DNA of 64,000 nt from Selaginella moellendorffii. Lineage: Eukaryota; Plantae; Lycopodiophyta. Position 1 is the stretch's first letter. The number at the start of each line of letters is the position of its first letter. Positions 13,400-26,098 of this stretch are shown piece by piece. The stretch is taken from positions 66,316 to 130,315 of the forward strand of contig NW_003314403.1 of NCBI RefSeq assembly GCF_000143415.4, read 5' to 3'. Made by a program: the position numbers and the translations under genes. Below the pieces are notes generated by a model. The model saw only the letters and a program-made list of their open reading frames with translations, made no database searches and was not told where the DNA came from.

Positions 13400-14564
13400 T
13401 TCTGAAGGATTTGCCACTAGGGCTACCTCTTAGCCGTGAGGTTAATCATTGAATTGAGGTTGTTCTAGGTTTTAAACCACCTATGAAAACTCTATATCAT
13501 TTAAACATAAAAAAGATGGTTGAACTCAATAAGCAATTTATGAAGCTTCTTGACAAAGGTCATATCCGAACAAGCAAGTCACTTTATGGAATGTTGGTTC
13601 TTTTTGTTATGAAAAAGGATGGAACAATGAGGATATGTATTGATTATTAGGCTTTCAACAAAATCATAGTCAAAAATAGTTATCCTTTGCTTCATATTGA
13701 TAACTTGTTTGACCAACTATTAAAGGCTAAGTATTTTATGAGACTTGATTTGTGGTCTGGGTATCAGTGGCAAATTAGGATGTGGAAAAAATAACCTTTA
13801 AAACTCGGTATGGATCCTATGAGTTCTTTGTCATATTATTTGGGTTATGCAATGTTTCAACAACATTCAGCACTATGATGGATAGAATATTCAGAAATTA
13901 TTTGGACACATTTATTTTCTTATATATCAACAATATTCTAGTCTTTAATGAAATGTTAGAGGATCATTTGAAACACTTGGAGCTAGTGTTTTAGAAGTTG
14001 CGTGAACACAAACTATATACTAAATAATATAAATGTGCTTTTGGACAGTTATACATGAACTTTCTTAGGTATATAGTTGGTGGTGGTATAATTGAGGTGG
14101 ATCCAAAGAAGGTGCAAGTGGTGAAGTTTTGGGATGTTCCAACCACTATATCAAATGTTTGTTCCTTTCTTAGTTTGGTGGGATACTATCGTAAGTTTAT
14201 TCGCAAGTTTGCAAGAATTGCTTTTCCATTGACTGTGTTAATGAAGGGTAATATACCATTTTATTGGACACTAACTTGTCAACATGCTTTTATATGATTG
14301 AAGGAAATCTTGACTATGGTTTGTGTTATTAAGATCCCAAATCTTGATAAACCCTTCAAAGTGCATGATGGATCTACCTATGCTATAGATGTCGTGTTGC
14401 AACAAGATTGTGACAATGTGATTAATGGTATGCTAAGATGACACACTTGTCCGATTGCATTTTATTCCAAGAAACCCAATAAAGATAGCCAACGCATGAG
14501 AAAGAAATGTTTGCTATAGTGTTGGCATTGGAATATAGAAACATTATTTGAATGGACATACCAA
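13400..14564 (+). pseudogene. Decayed Ty3/Gypsy (chromovirus-like) RT-RNase H, split by transposon copy 2
   Basis: FKTRYGSYEF..FGLCN, YINNIL (decayed YxDD) and FLSLVGYYRKFI, with many stops. Confidence 0.85.
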
Positions 14565-14588
14565 AAGCTCTATTTCGTTAAAGTGGGA
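14565..14588 (+). repeat. TIR, cargo-gene end
   Basis: AAGCTCTATTTCGTTAAAGTGGGA, followed by a subterminal inverted TCCCACTT at 14599-14606. Confidence 0.95.
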
Positions 14589-15006
14589 ATTGTCATTATC
14601 CCACTTGTAAAATAAGGTTTCCAAACCTTTATATAGTATATAAATATAACAAAATTCAACTGCATTGAGGCACATGCCATTTTATTTTAAACAAGGAAAT
14701 GTCTACTCAATCACTTCTCCTCCCCCTGCCACTACTTCACCTCTCTCTTCTCCTTGTCATCGTCGTCCAATTTCTTTCCATCCTTTTAATATTGGCTCAG
14801 TTGCTCCGAGTCTAGGTGGAGCCCAAGTCCCCATTCAATCTTTACTTTCCCATTATTAATAAAACAACTTCGTAGACTTCCAATAACATGCTGTAACACT
14901 TCTAGTATAATGCAAATCCTCTCAAAGAATTGTCTTTTAATATTAATACAATGGCATGGAACCCCATGCCATAATAAGTTACATTTTTAAATAAATACAT
15001 GCCATC

Positions 15007-18000
15007 TCAGACTGTTATTTTTTGCCTCCAACGCCTATACAATAATCTTGGAATTTCATCACTCTCCACACTATCAGGATTTAAACCCAATTGTAATGCC
15101 ATCTCTTCTCTAATACGTCCACGCTCATGTTCAGTGGTCGAAGAACCCATCCGGTTGAGCAGATTATGGAGATGCGGATAGTGCTTAGCTAGATAATATA
15201 CATGCCATAAATGATGACTAGTGTCTGTCCGATCAAATGGCTTCTGATATACCGTTCCATCTGCCATTTGGTTGATTTCTGCAGCCACCTCCTGGACTGG
15301 CCGGTTCTCTATCACCATCGCTCCAAGCCGTTTTGCAAAGTCCCCCAGAACATACGGTTTCTTCTCCCTAGTTTCCATACTGCAAGAGATGGGGTGCACT
15401 GCATATGTGTGCGTGTTCGCTGTAGTTTTAATCGGCGAGTCATCGATGATGAGGATTTCACTTGACCTAGCAGTCCGGTTCATCACTACAGCCTCTGGCT
15501 TGACGAAGATGGGCTTGCTACCCCTCACATGGACCATAGTCAAGCAATCCTCCTGCGTTAGGAGAAAGTCAAATGGTAATATTACTTGCGTCTGATCGTG
15601 CATCATCTGTAGCAACGTTAATGCATTGTGGCGCATCATGGATGTCCAAACTCCCAATTGCAAATTGAACCCGGCCCTCTGTTTTAAGTGTCGCATGGTC
15701 ATTATTAGATCCCGCAGTTTCTCCCGTGTGATTAATGTGAATCTGTCTCTTTTGACCAACTTGCGACCGCAGGCTTTGGAGGGTGCAATGACATTCGAGG
15801 ACGAGCCACGCTCATGGGAGAAAAGGACACCGTTTAGATCAAAAACGATACAGTACCTTCGCCGTGACTCTGAAATGAAATGCGTCAGCATAAAAAATGG
15901 TACAAGTCAATTTTACCATATACAATATTAGCGAATGTTGCTCCCGATGGTCGTTGAGAGGGTTTTGGTCGAGGAAATGTGAAGGGCGGAAATACTCTCC
16001 TCTGCAATGTGGGGTCAATTGCATCCGATGGCGTGTGGGCACATGCCATTTCAGCTATAGACTCTGGTACAACTGGCTCAACAGTGGCATGGGGTGGTTC
16101 CGATGGCGTGTGATCACATGCCATTTCAGCTGGTGCCTCCGTTGGCAAAGTGGACATGACCGAACAGGCAGCAGGGGCGGTGTAGGGAGGTTCCAATGGC
16201 GTGTTGTCAGACGATTGGGCACACGTTGAGTCCGTTGGAAATGAGGATACGACCGGCTCGGCGGCTGGGGCGGCCTCATGTGGGTCCAATGGCGTCTGGT
16301 CACCGTCAGTTGGATACGTGGACAAGATTGACTCAGTGGTATGGGCAGCATCAAGTGGAGCGTGGTCAGCTTGCTTGGCGTTGATATGGATAGTAGCCTC
16401 CACCAGCTCTGATGACTCTTGCAGCCAAGTAGAGTCCACTGGCGGATCCATATGCATGTCCAAATATCTCCCTTCGATTGAGATGGTATCCTCCTGTGCT
16501 ACTAAAAACAAACTCATTAGCACATTGAATCGACTATACTGTATTTACCATCAACTGCTATTGAGGAACTAGGACTGATATCACTTGGGCGCACTGCTGA
16601 TTCTGAAGGATTGGACATACGTTTCGACCCTTGCTTGGCACTATCCTTCCTCGACACTAAAGGCTAGAGTTTGTAAATTCAACTGAATAATCTCTACTTA
16701 CCATTTGCTCTACGACCTACATGGACAATGTTAGAAATGGTAAAAGGTTAGGAATGGATGTACTATTATTTACCTGATGGTTTGTCTTGTATGACCTTCC
16801 TCCGCTGCTCTTTGGCCACCTCAGGCTGGCCATCGTCGTCATCATCGTCGTCGTCGTTATTGTGATCGTCACCATTGTGAGGACCATCCAAGTCCTCTTC
16901 GTCCTCCTCTTCTTTGTCCTCCTCTTCGTCCTTCTGCTCTTCCTGCTCATTATCTTTCTCTGGCTCCTCATCCCCCTCCTGCATTTCTTCCATAGGCTGC
17001 TCAGGCTGGATGGCTTGTTCTTCCAGGACCATCTTGGGAAAATCATCTGGCCGAGTCTCCATCTCAAAATACAAGACATCCATAGCCTGTTTTAGTGCGT
17101 GACCTAGGACCGTATCCTCACCCGACTGTCTTCACATGGTTTCTGCACGTTCTTGCACCCTTCGAAGACGACGAGATGAGAAAAACGTGGCCCTGACTTG
17201 AAAAGCTTCCCTCATCCATTGTACCTCTCCATTGAGATTGGGGAAGGGGAGTCCGCCATAGGAATCTGAGTCATGAGGTGGTGACTGCCTGCTTTCACTC
17301 AGCCCTTGATCTGCAATGAATGGCATGAGCACACACGCCATAACCGCGAGGCATTACCTATCATCTTTTCGTTGCCCTTCTTCCTTTTCGAATCAAACGC
17401 CTCTGATCTCGACGACTGTCCAACGTGCTTTCGCTTTTTATGACCACTGTCAGTTTGAGCTTGGCTGGTGCTTGCCTATTTTGCCTTTGAAGAAGTTTCT
17501 CCTGCAAGGAATGGCATGAGACCACACGCCATTGCAAATATAATTTGTACCTCCTTTTTTCCTATTGCTTGTTTGTTTGTCCTTCTTCGACGCGCCACCA
17601 GTGCGCTTTTCAGTCCTCGTGTCTGAATATTCACAACGATCTATAATTAAAATGGCGTGAGGCCTCACGTGACCTTACCTTGTGCAAGTTGTGAGCTCGG
17701 CCCAACATGGGTATCTTCAACAGTAGCTGTTAACGCCGTTTCAGCATCTGGGGGTGGCCACGCTCCTGCATACAGAGCTTGTGAGATAACATTTAAACTT
17801 AAAGTGTGTACTCACCAGGTTCACAAAGAAGATACTGTTTTTCTTTGGCAATTGTAATTATATGCTTCATTGAAGTCACCTCTTCAATGGAGTTTGTCAC
17901 CGCAACACACGGGACACCCTTGAGTAGTGCGGCTCGAAAGAATAGTCCGCCGCAGTTGTACTCGACAACGCATTTGCCCTTGGAGTCGGAAGCAGGTGAC

Positions 18001-20614
18001 CCACCCGCTATTGCGTTGAAGACCCAGCTGAGCATTTCCCATGCTGCACCTGGAGCTTTCTTTGGATTCAAAAGCTCCATAGCCGTCTTCAGTTCCTCAG
18101 GCACGGGTAAATTGACCTCCCTCAGATCAATTCGATTGGCCTTGTCGAACGAAGCTGGGAAGTCACTCCAGTCCCACTCTGCTGCAGGACCAATAACAAG
18201 GGCGAGTGTGAAGATGCGGACATTCGTCGGTATCTTCTTCTTAGCCATTATCCCATGGATCTCCCGCATCTCCTTGCCTTTCAACCGAGCCTTCACCTCG
18301 TTCAAGGCCTTCCAGAACTTGTGATAGGATTCGCAGTCGTAGATCATATAGTGGACTGAAGATTCCACCTCCGCAAGTCCCACCATTAAGTCAATGATGG
18401 AGCTGACTTCGTCTGCATGAGTGATCTCCTCATTTGTGAAGTCCATCGCACAAAAGATGTTCTTGACCTACTCATCTCCGCGGGAAACGATGCTCCTCCA
18501 CCTTTGATCCTCATCCGAATTCAAGTATACCCGGTAAGGTTCTCGATAGGCCTCTGCTGCGGGGTCGAGCTGTTTCTGAAGCCGGCGGTCGACATCAATC
18601 TTAATGAAATTTGGATACTGATCCAACTTCTCAGCTTTACTTTTCGTGGCATCCCGCAGCAGATCGATGAACTTGGGGGCCCCCTTCACGTACTCGTCGA
18701 TGTCTTCATTTGACAACTCCAGCGCTTCCATCATCTCTTGCGTGGTGTCGATGCTCACCCTCTCCACGGCCACTTGCTCGAAGATCCAATCCTTCAATAG
18801 CGCACGAGCTCTCAGAGTCGTGCACAAGTCCTCGTATGTCACAATATGGCCGGGAGTCATTTTGGTCTTGTTGAAGACTACCTCACCACGTAGAAGAGCA
18901 TTAGCCACTGTCAGAAGGTCGTTGTCGTCTAGAGACCGCGAGAAACGCAAGGCGTTGAGCTTCAAATCATTGGGCTTCCGGCCGTCCTCCACACCCATTG
19001 AGTTTGGCAACTCCCCGTCATGGTGCATCCTCAGCACATCTACCCATTTGTCAAAAACAACTTTTGTCGCGAGTAGAATGTTATGGATGCTGAGTGTGTC
19101 ATTGACCCCCAGTGTTTTCGAGAGAAGACTCGAGAATTCCCGCAATGGAAATGGCATGAGGCCACATGCTATGCCACATGCAACGAGGCTTACCTGCCAG
19201 GCGCTAGTTGCTAGTGCACGTCCTTGTCCTGGTTTTTGTGGCTTCTTCAGTTGAACCCAGAGCTTCCGTGTTTGTGCCAATGTCTTGTGCAGACCCGATT
19301 TGTAGCACGTTTCTTGCTTGACATTCTGCGCGTGGGAGATGTATATGATAGATCGGAGGGGCGAGTTGCCTTTTATCAGGCGGACAACTCTTGTCTTGAA
19401 GACTTTCTTCACCTCCTCGCCCACCATAATATCCACAACTATCTCTTGCATCGCCAAGCTAGAATGCTACTCGGAGATGGCATAGAACCGGATGTTCTGA
19501 TCGTCCAACACCTTCCTATTGATCAAGTCTGGAAACCTCGTCTCGCCCTTCATTGTTCGGTAGTAGGGGATCACGTCTGCGATGTCGGGTGTTACTGGAC
19601 TTGCCAGCATCTTCTGCTTCAGTTTCTCCACCCACTCATCAGATACTAGCCTGTGGTTGTATTTGCTTTGGATGTCGATACGGCTCACGTCGATTGTATA
19701 TACTTTGTTGGAATAGTAACAAGTACTATTATCTGTGATGATTTTTGCTGCCTCTTCTTGTTCTTTCTGCTCTTTGCGGCTCTTCTTTTTGGTGGGTGTA
19801 GTGTTCGAACCCGAGGCAATGGCATCACTGAGTAGCTTCTTTTTTGGAGCAGGAGAGTCGGACGTCGGCTTGAGCTTGACCACCCTTTTTTGCTTCGAGG
19901 TAGTTTCCAGATCGACCCCCTTCCCCTTTGCTTCGCGAACTGGAGTCACTCTCAATGGCTCAATGTTGGAATATAGTTTTTGAACATCGCCGTAGGTGAG
20001 GTCCGTGGATTCCATGTGATCTTCATAGACCCGCAGCGTCTTTGAAATTGTGGGCCTCCTGGACAACCTCTCCCTAGCTCCCTCTAGGAATTTCTCATAG
20101 CCGCTGCCCCCCTGCGGGAAGCCGCTAGGATGTGCAAGGTGGATCTTGAAGGCAGACGCTGTCTCTACCACAAGTGCCAGTCCATATTCTTGCATGGAAC
20201 TGCATGGAGTGTCTGTCACTTGGATGAGGATCCCCATGCATTCTTTTCTCCCACCATCTGTGTTGTACAGCCTCAGATCCTCGCCTTCCATCCCGAAAGT
20301 CCAACTGGTGAGCTCCTCCCCCTTCTCTGCATCCACATTGACAGTGGCTGGAAGAAGAACGCAATTCCTCGCCTGTTCAGAAATGCACAACAATTAGAGC
20401 TGACAGATGAAAAGCTAGTAGCTGGAAATAACGTGAGGCCACACGCCATTCACCACTGCATTAGATGTCTTGAGGCTGCATCCTAAGATGGCGTGAGGCT
20501 ACACGCCATCTGTAACCGGACTGCACTCGAGAGCCCAATCGGTGCATGCCAATGTTGCTACTGAATGGCATGTGGCCTCATGCCATTTTCTACTTGGCCT
20601 AAAAGACTTACCAT
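15007..20614 (-). pseudogene. Multi-exon cargo gene, copy 2: ParB-like + MTase-like + acidic linker + FCP1/NIF phosphatase
   Basis: The splice sites I checked match copy 3. Premature stops at 19467, 18468 and 17132 are sense codons in copy 3. The FCP1 exon (15007-15869) is intact: VFDLNGVL, VWTS, KPIFVK, LIIDDSPIK. Confidence 0.75.
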
Positions 20615-20814
20615 TTGAAGCCGAATGGAGGCGTGACAACCGGACTCGCTGGCGAATGTGCACTGTGTGTGCAGCGGATCGTAGCAGCAAGGCTACTCTG
20701 CCACTTACAGTTGGAGAGTGGCGCTGAAATCTCCCGGGATGCCAAGTGGGCTGCGTGTGGGTGGCGGAGTGGGCGGCGGAGTTGGCGGCGAAGTTACAAA
20801 CTGGGTGTGTCTTG

Positions 20815-20960
20815 AAGTGGACGCCGATGCACACGAGCGCGATGCGAGCGCGAGTGTGATGCAAGCGCGAGTGTGATGCAAGCGCGAGTGGACGCCGATG
20901 CACACGAGAAACCTGTAGAGAAGTGGGAGCGCGAGTGGGAGCGCGATGCGAGCGCGAGTA
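20815..20960. repeat. CpG-rich short tandem repeats upstream of cargo gene
   Basis: GCGCGAGTGTGATGCAA and GTGGACGCCGATGCACACGAG units; also at 39460-39600 and 62530-62660, where copy number differs. Confidence 0.75.
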
Positions 20961-21864
20961 CGAAGCAAAATGCAAAACCTAACCTCACACGCGCGAAATG
21001 TCACGACAGTTGGTAATCCCGCCACGTCATCATTCCTCGGACTTGGGCGCCACCATTAATTTCTGGATCAGCGCGCGCATGCGTGAAATCCAAAAGAAAT
21101 CCGCAATGTCATCATTCCTCGGACTGCATGCATGCGAAATCCAAAAGAAAGATCATGATTGGGATATCATTTAATACCCTCGCTATATTTATACCATGCA
21201 TGATTGGATATTCCAAAGCATCTTGTATTTCCAAAAATGCCAGATGTTCAGCTAAATAAATTGTCAGAGGATTTGATGTGACGTTCAAGCGTGTGGGCTC
21301 ATGCAATTTTGATCCCAAAAAATGCACCAAAAAATGCTCGGCGTCATCTGGCGTTATCTCTTGAATGGCGTGGGGCCGCATGCCATTTTCAAGAGCACAT
21401 AGGAGTATATTCCTAGAATATTCTGACACGCGCGAGATTCTTTTGAGTTTCCTGGAGATCCAACCGTTAGATCGCAACTAGATTTTACAGAATGGTATAT
21501 AATGTCCTTCTTGATGACCCTGCAAAGAAGCATCTCGATCGGACACCACATGAGACCACACGAGCCTTACAATGTTTCAGGGGCATTTGCCATAGATCCG
21601 ACCGTTATTTTGCTCCAAGATTCTACAGTTTGGTGTGCATTGACCTTTCCATCGACACTGCAAAGGGACATCACAATCAGATGCGGGATCACAAGAAACC
21701 AACTTCACTAACTCTGGTTTCACCAAGATATACGTAAGGAGTTATGAAATGAAAGGACCCTCTCTATTGAAATGTGTTTATGGTCCTAGGGGCATTGTGA
21801 CATATCAAAGGATTTTACATCAAGTTTTGTATTTGCATGTTTATCAAGACTGAATTGCTAAACA

Positions 21865-21890
21865 CTAAACCCTAAACCCTAACCCTAAAC
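21865..21890. promoter_or_regulatory. Telo-box / short interstitial telomeric tract between the divergent genes
   Basis: CTAAACCCTAAACCCTAACCCTAAAC; equivalent tracts at ~38650, ~60742 and ~61612. Confidence 0.55.
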
Positions 21891-22739
21891 ATGTGGCAAA
21901 TGCTGCGTGAAGAAAGATGCCCTTTCTGGGCAAATGCTGTAAGAGGCAGATTCCGAGCAGATGTATCTCAGGCCAGCGAAGGGGACAAACGAAAGCTAGC
22001 TATAAACATGACGGGATGCAAATAGATTACTAGGCTGGTCCTGCGAAAATCAAAAACCATAATTGAAAACATTGAAAATGCGAAAAGAAAGGTTTATAAT
22101 ATTTTTGAATTTTAAGCAACCAAATGAATGTAAGTAGGGCATGTGTTTGTAAGTTTAAAAATGCCTCAACCACTTAAATTCCCAAGTAAATAAAGCTGTT
22201 TCTATTTTTGGTACAGGTAAACTTTATAGCGTGTGGGCTCATGCAATTTTGAACCCAAAAATGCACCAAAAGATGCTCGACTAGCATTATTCTTTGAATG
22301 GCATGTGGCCTTATATTGCCATAAATGGACGTACACACACAGCATAATTATTCCTTTACACGGCGAATAATCTTGGCGCGGATCGCTGACATGGCATGGC
22401 AAAGTTCGAATCACTGACATGGCACAGCTGGATCGAGGCAAGGACATGATGTGACAAAGTTCAACCTCCGACAGCAAAGTCTAGAAGCTACTCAGTTTGA
22501 AATTTGTCAGAGGAATCATAAGATCTGGTTTGTCAGAGGATTTGATGTGACGTTCAAGCGTGTGTTATTTTTGAATTCTCGAACTCATTCCTAGGTCTAT
22601 CATTTTTGTGCGCCGTGTTCTTGGTTCCGCTGAGCGTAGTGAGCGCTGCTTGTGTAAGCGGCGTTGTGAGTTGTGGTTTATGCGTCTACAAGCGGTTGCG
22701 GCATTGCGAGCGCCATTGCGAGCGGCAGTTTATGCGAGT

Positions 22740-22820
22740 GGCAGTTTGTGCGAGCGGCGCTACGAGCAGTTGCGGTGTTGCGAGCGGTGCTACGAGTAGT
22801 TGCGGTGTTGTGAGCGGCAC
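22740..22820. repeat. 30-bp tandem repeat (~2.7 units) upstream of transposase
   Basis: GCAGTTGCGGTGTTGCGAGCGGCGCTACGA-like units; also at ~37720-37800 and ~59812-59892. Confidence 0.8.
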
Positions 22821-23175
22821 TGTCTTTGGTGTGGCTACCGCTTCCTCTTGATATTCGGCACTTGTGCTTCCTGGTATGTTCACCATGGAATGGTTTAGGA
22901 CCACATTTAGAAATGGCATGAGGCCACATGCCATCTTGGGCCCTTGCAATTTCATGGCTAGCGTATTGTCATGTATGTTTTTACTTGCCTGCAGCTGTGT
23001 GTATATCAAGATGGCATGAGGCCTCATGCCAATTTTGTGAATGCGAAATTTCACGTGGGTGTCAATAGCATGTTTGAATAATGGCATGTGGCCTCATGCT
23101 ATTTGGTATGTTATGATTTAGGCCATTCTCCAATCATTTTTTGTATGGTCTTAACTTCTTTTCTGCACTTTCAGA

Positions 23176-25478
23176 ATGGCCTTCAGGGTTGGGGAAAAGG
23201 TTTACATTTTGAATGGTGGGAAGAGAGTTCCAAAAGGAACCCTTGTGTCTATGGATCGCAACTTTGTTATACACTGTCAAAGGCTTAGGGAACGACGGTA
23301 CGCACAAAACCAGGGGTCATGTTGTATATGGAGAGGCAATCTTCAAGAGGTTTGTCGACACATGTAGCGAGCAGCAACCACATAAAACCCGCCTCTTGGA
23401 AGATGGAACACGAGACACCCAACGAGTTCTCCCTTCCATGTATACCAAAGGGGCCATATTGGAAGATGTGAATCGGGAACTCCAGAGTAATGGCTACAGG
23501 AAGTTGAGCCAATCTAGATTTAGTAGATTGTGGAGCAACAGGTTCAGGGATGTGAGTATAGGAAAGTACTCCAGCTTTTCAAAGTGTGACGAGTGCACTG
23601 CTATCAAAATGGCTTTGTCGAAGAATTCTTGCAGCGCTCAAGAGCGAGAGACGTTGGTTAGAAGGCGGCTGGACCACAACATCGAGCAGAGAAGCTGCAG
23701 GACTGCATATTATCATAACAGGATTCTCTCCATGGAGAGACCTGACTCTTACCTCTGCATCATCCACGACAAAATGGACCAGAAAAAGACGTGCTTACCT
23801 CGACTCAATCCTGCCCCCAAGGCAATCTCTTCATCCATGCAGCTGCCTGTGTCTCTGTTTGGCATAATCGCTCATGGGCATGGTGCCCAGAACTATGGGA
23901 ACTTCTTTGTACCTCTATGGGGTGGCGGGGGTGCAAACATGATGATTGCGTCCCTAGCAAAACACTTAAAGTTTCTGCAAAGTGTGCAGACTGAGCTGAA
24001 CGGCCAACCCTTGCATAAGGCCCTTGTCGATCGAACCCCATACAGGGTTCAGCTGGAGGAGGAGCAAAGGCTTGCAGTATCGCGTGGGGCCCCATGCCAT
24101 CCCAGTGAATATGTTGGCCGTCAGATTGTAGGGTTATCACGTGAGGCCTCATGCCATTCCGACGAGGCTGGTCGCCTGGTGAATGCACAGCCTCATCCAA
24201 ACGAAGTAGAATCTCAAGGAAGTTCTTGCAGCCAATGTGGTCTTCCACCCCATCTTCTGCTCCAAACAGACAATGCTGGCAGTGAGAACAAAAACATGTA
24301 CGTCTTCGCGTACTTGGCGATGCTTGTTGCCAAAGGCATATTTGAAACGGTTACACTTGGCTTTCTCATGGTTGGGCACACTCATGAAGACGTCGATGCC
24401 ATGTTCAGTCACCTGGCAGAGTCCCTCTGGCGATCCAATGTCCTCACCCTCCCACAACTCTACGATGAATTCCAAAATTACATCAAAGGCACTATTGAAG
24501 CTGCACTTGTGACAGAGGTTCCAGACTTTAAGGGGTTTGTAAGAGGCTACATCAGGGACGGATCCGAAACGCTGATTGGCCACTCCAAGCCTCTTTAGTT
24601 TCATTTCAGCATGCGTGACGGTGCTCCAGTGATGAGGTACAAGATGAGAGAATGGGACACAGTGTGGCTGCCAGTGGATGGCATTGAACTCTTCAAGTGA
24701 GATCCCATAACTGGGGAACCTATGATTCCTCAGGGTTCCCCACGGCCGATGCACCCGGATGGACTCAAAGACCAGGAAAGTATAGTGGCCGGGATTAGAC
24801 AACATATTGCCTTCTGGAAGAGGGGGTTGGTGTTTGGTGGAGAATCCTATTTTAAGAGGTGCAAGCCTTTGCTCGAATACTGGGAGAAGATTATATCTGC
24901 TATCCAAAATGGGCCGGTTGTATATGAAGAATTGGAAGAGTCCTTTTGGCCAGAACCCAGAGCACCAGATAGTAGCGGAACAATGTCCTCTGGAAATGCA
25001 GTGACTGATAACGATGTTGAGGATCACTATTGTGGGCCGAGGAATAAGAAGCCGGATTCAGCATTCAATCCAGTACAGGTCTGCAAAGGAATGGTCGTGC
25101 TTGTCAGACCCAGTAATAAAAAACAAATGATATGGGTGGGGCGCTGCATCACTGATGTAGAGGAGGACGCGGAAACTAACTCCTTCAATGTAACTGTGGA
25201 GTGGTTCAAGCCAAGTTCCGGATATACGAAGGATTGCCTAGAAAAGAGATGGGTGCTGAATCCAAGGGATCCCAGCATGAGCATATCGGTGGATAATGTT
25301 GTGCATGGTTGGATGCGGAAGCAGAGTGCCACCATCACCTTGCTAGACCATGCAAGAGATGCAGCAAGAGCATTCATAACCCGGGTTCAAGGTGAGATTC
25401 ATTAATATTCCTTTACTAAGTTTCTAATGTATTTTATTTCAAGGTGAACAATTCGAATCTGAATCAGAGGAGGCGTGA
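23176..25478 (+). pseudogene. Sola-like transposase, copy 2
   Basis: About 840 bp is deleted at ~23290 with GGGAA microhomology. Stops at 24596 and 24698. The catalytic region FLMVGHTHEDVDAMFS is present. Confidence 0.85.
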
Positions 25479-26070
25479 TGGCATGTGGCCCTTTGCACTA
25501 GTATATCTTAATACCGGTCTGAGAAATAGAATGGCATGTGCCCTCAGGCCTTTTACTAAATCACCTTTGAAAGAAATGCAAGCCTCTATATTGTAAAAAA
25601 AAGGTACTAGAGAAATTCCTTAATAATATGAATGTTATTTAGTTTCATGAAAATACACTAAGGGTCAAATGAGTTAAATGACTTCTCCAGACTAGCAATG
25701 CCTCTTGCTACACCTTCACAATTAGATTCGTTAGAAAAAGATAACATTGAATAATATCTAAATGTTCTCACCATTAAGTTATATGTCTGGCTAATAGGAA
25801 TGATGTTCATCTTGGAAAGCTCACCACACGCTCAATGAACAAACAAATAGTGTGTGCGCGCATGCCATCGCTCTTCTTTAGCTTCAGATTCGGCTTGTTC
25901 ACCTTGACAATGAGATTTATTATACAACCAGATGGACTCAGTCTGGACACAAAGTCACCGCGCTAGTCACCATGCCCCAGATATGTCTAGCCCCTGGACA
26001 AAAAACATATAATTTCACGTCATTTTCAAATACTTGAAAATTTGTACCTAGTCCCATTTTACTGAATAAA

Positions 26071-26094
26071 TCCCACTTTAACGAAATAGAGCTT
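26071..26094 (-). repeat. TIR, transposase end
   Basis: TCCCACTTTAACGAAATAGAGCTT is the exact inverse of 14565-14588. Confidence 0.95.
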
Positions 26095-26098
26095 CCAA

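Larger units (their letters stand above)
14565..26094 (+). mobile_element. Sola-like TIR DNA transposon, copy 2 (both termini, 11530 bp)
   Basis: 24-bp perfect TIRs and TSD CCAA (14561-14564 and 26095-26098). The flanks rejoin as one gypsy RNase H. Confidence 0.95.

Noticed and set aside
14565-26094. CACTA, hAT, Mutator, PIF or Helitron classification
   Set aside because: The termini are AAGC with a 4-bp TSD (not 3, 8 or 9-10 bp, nor TAA/TTA), there are no Rep/helicase motifs, and the catalytic motifs differ.
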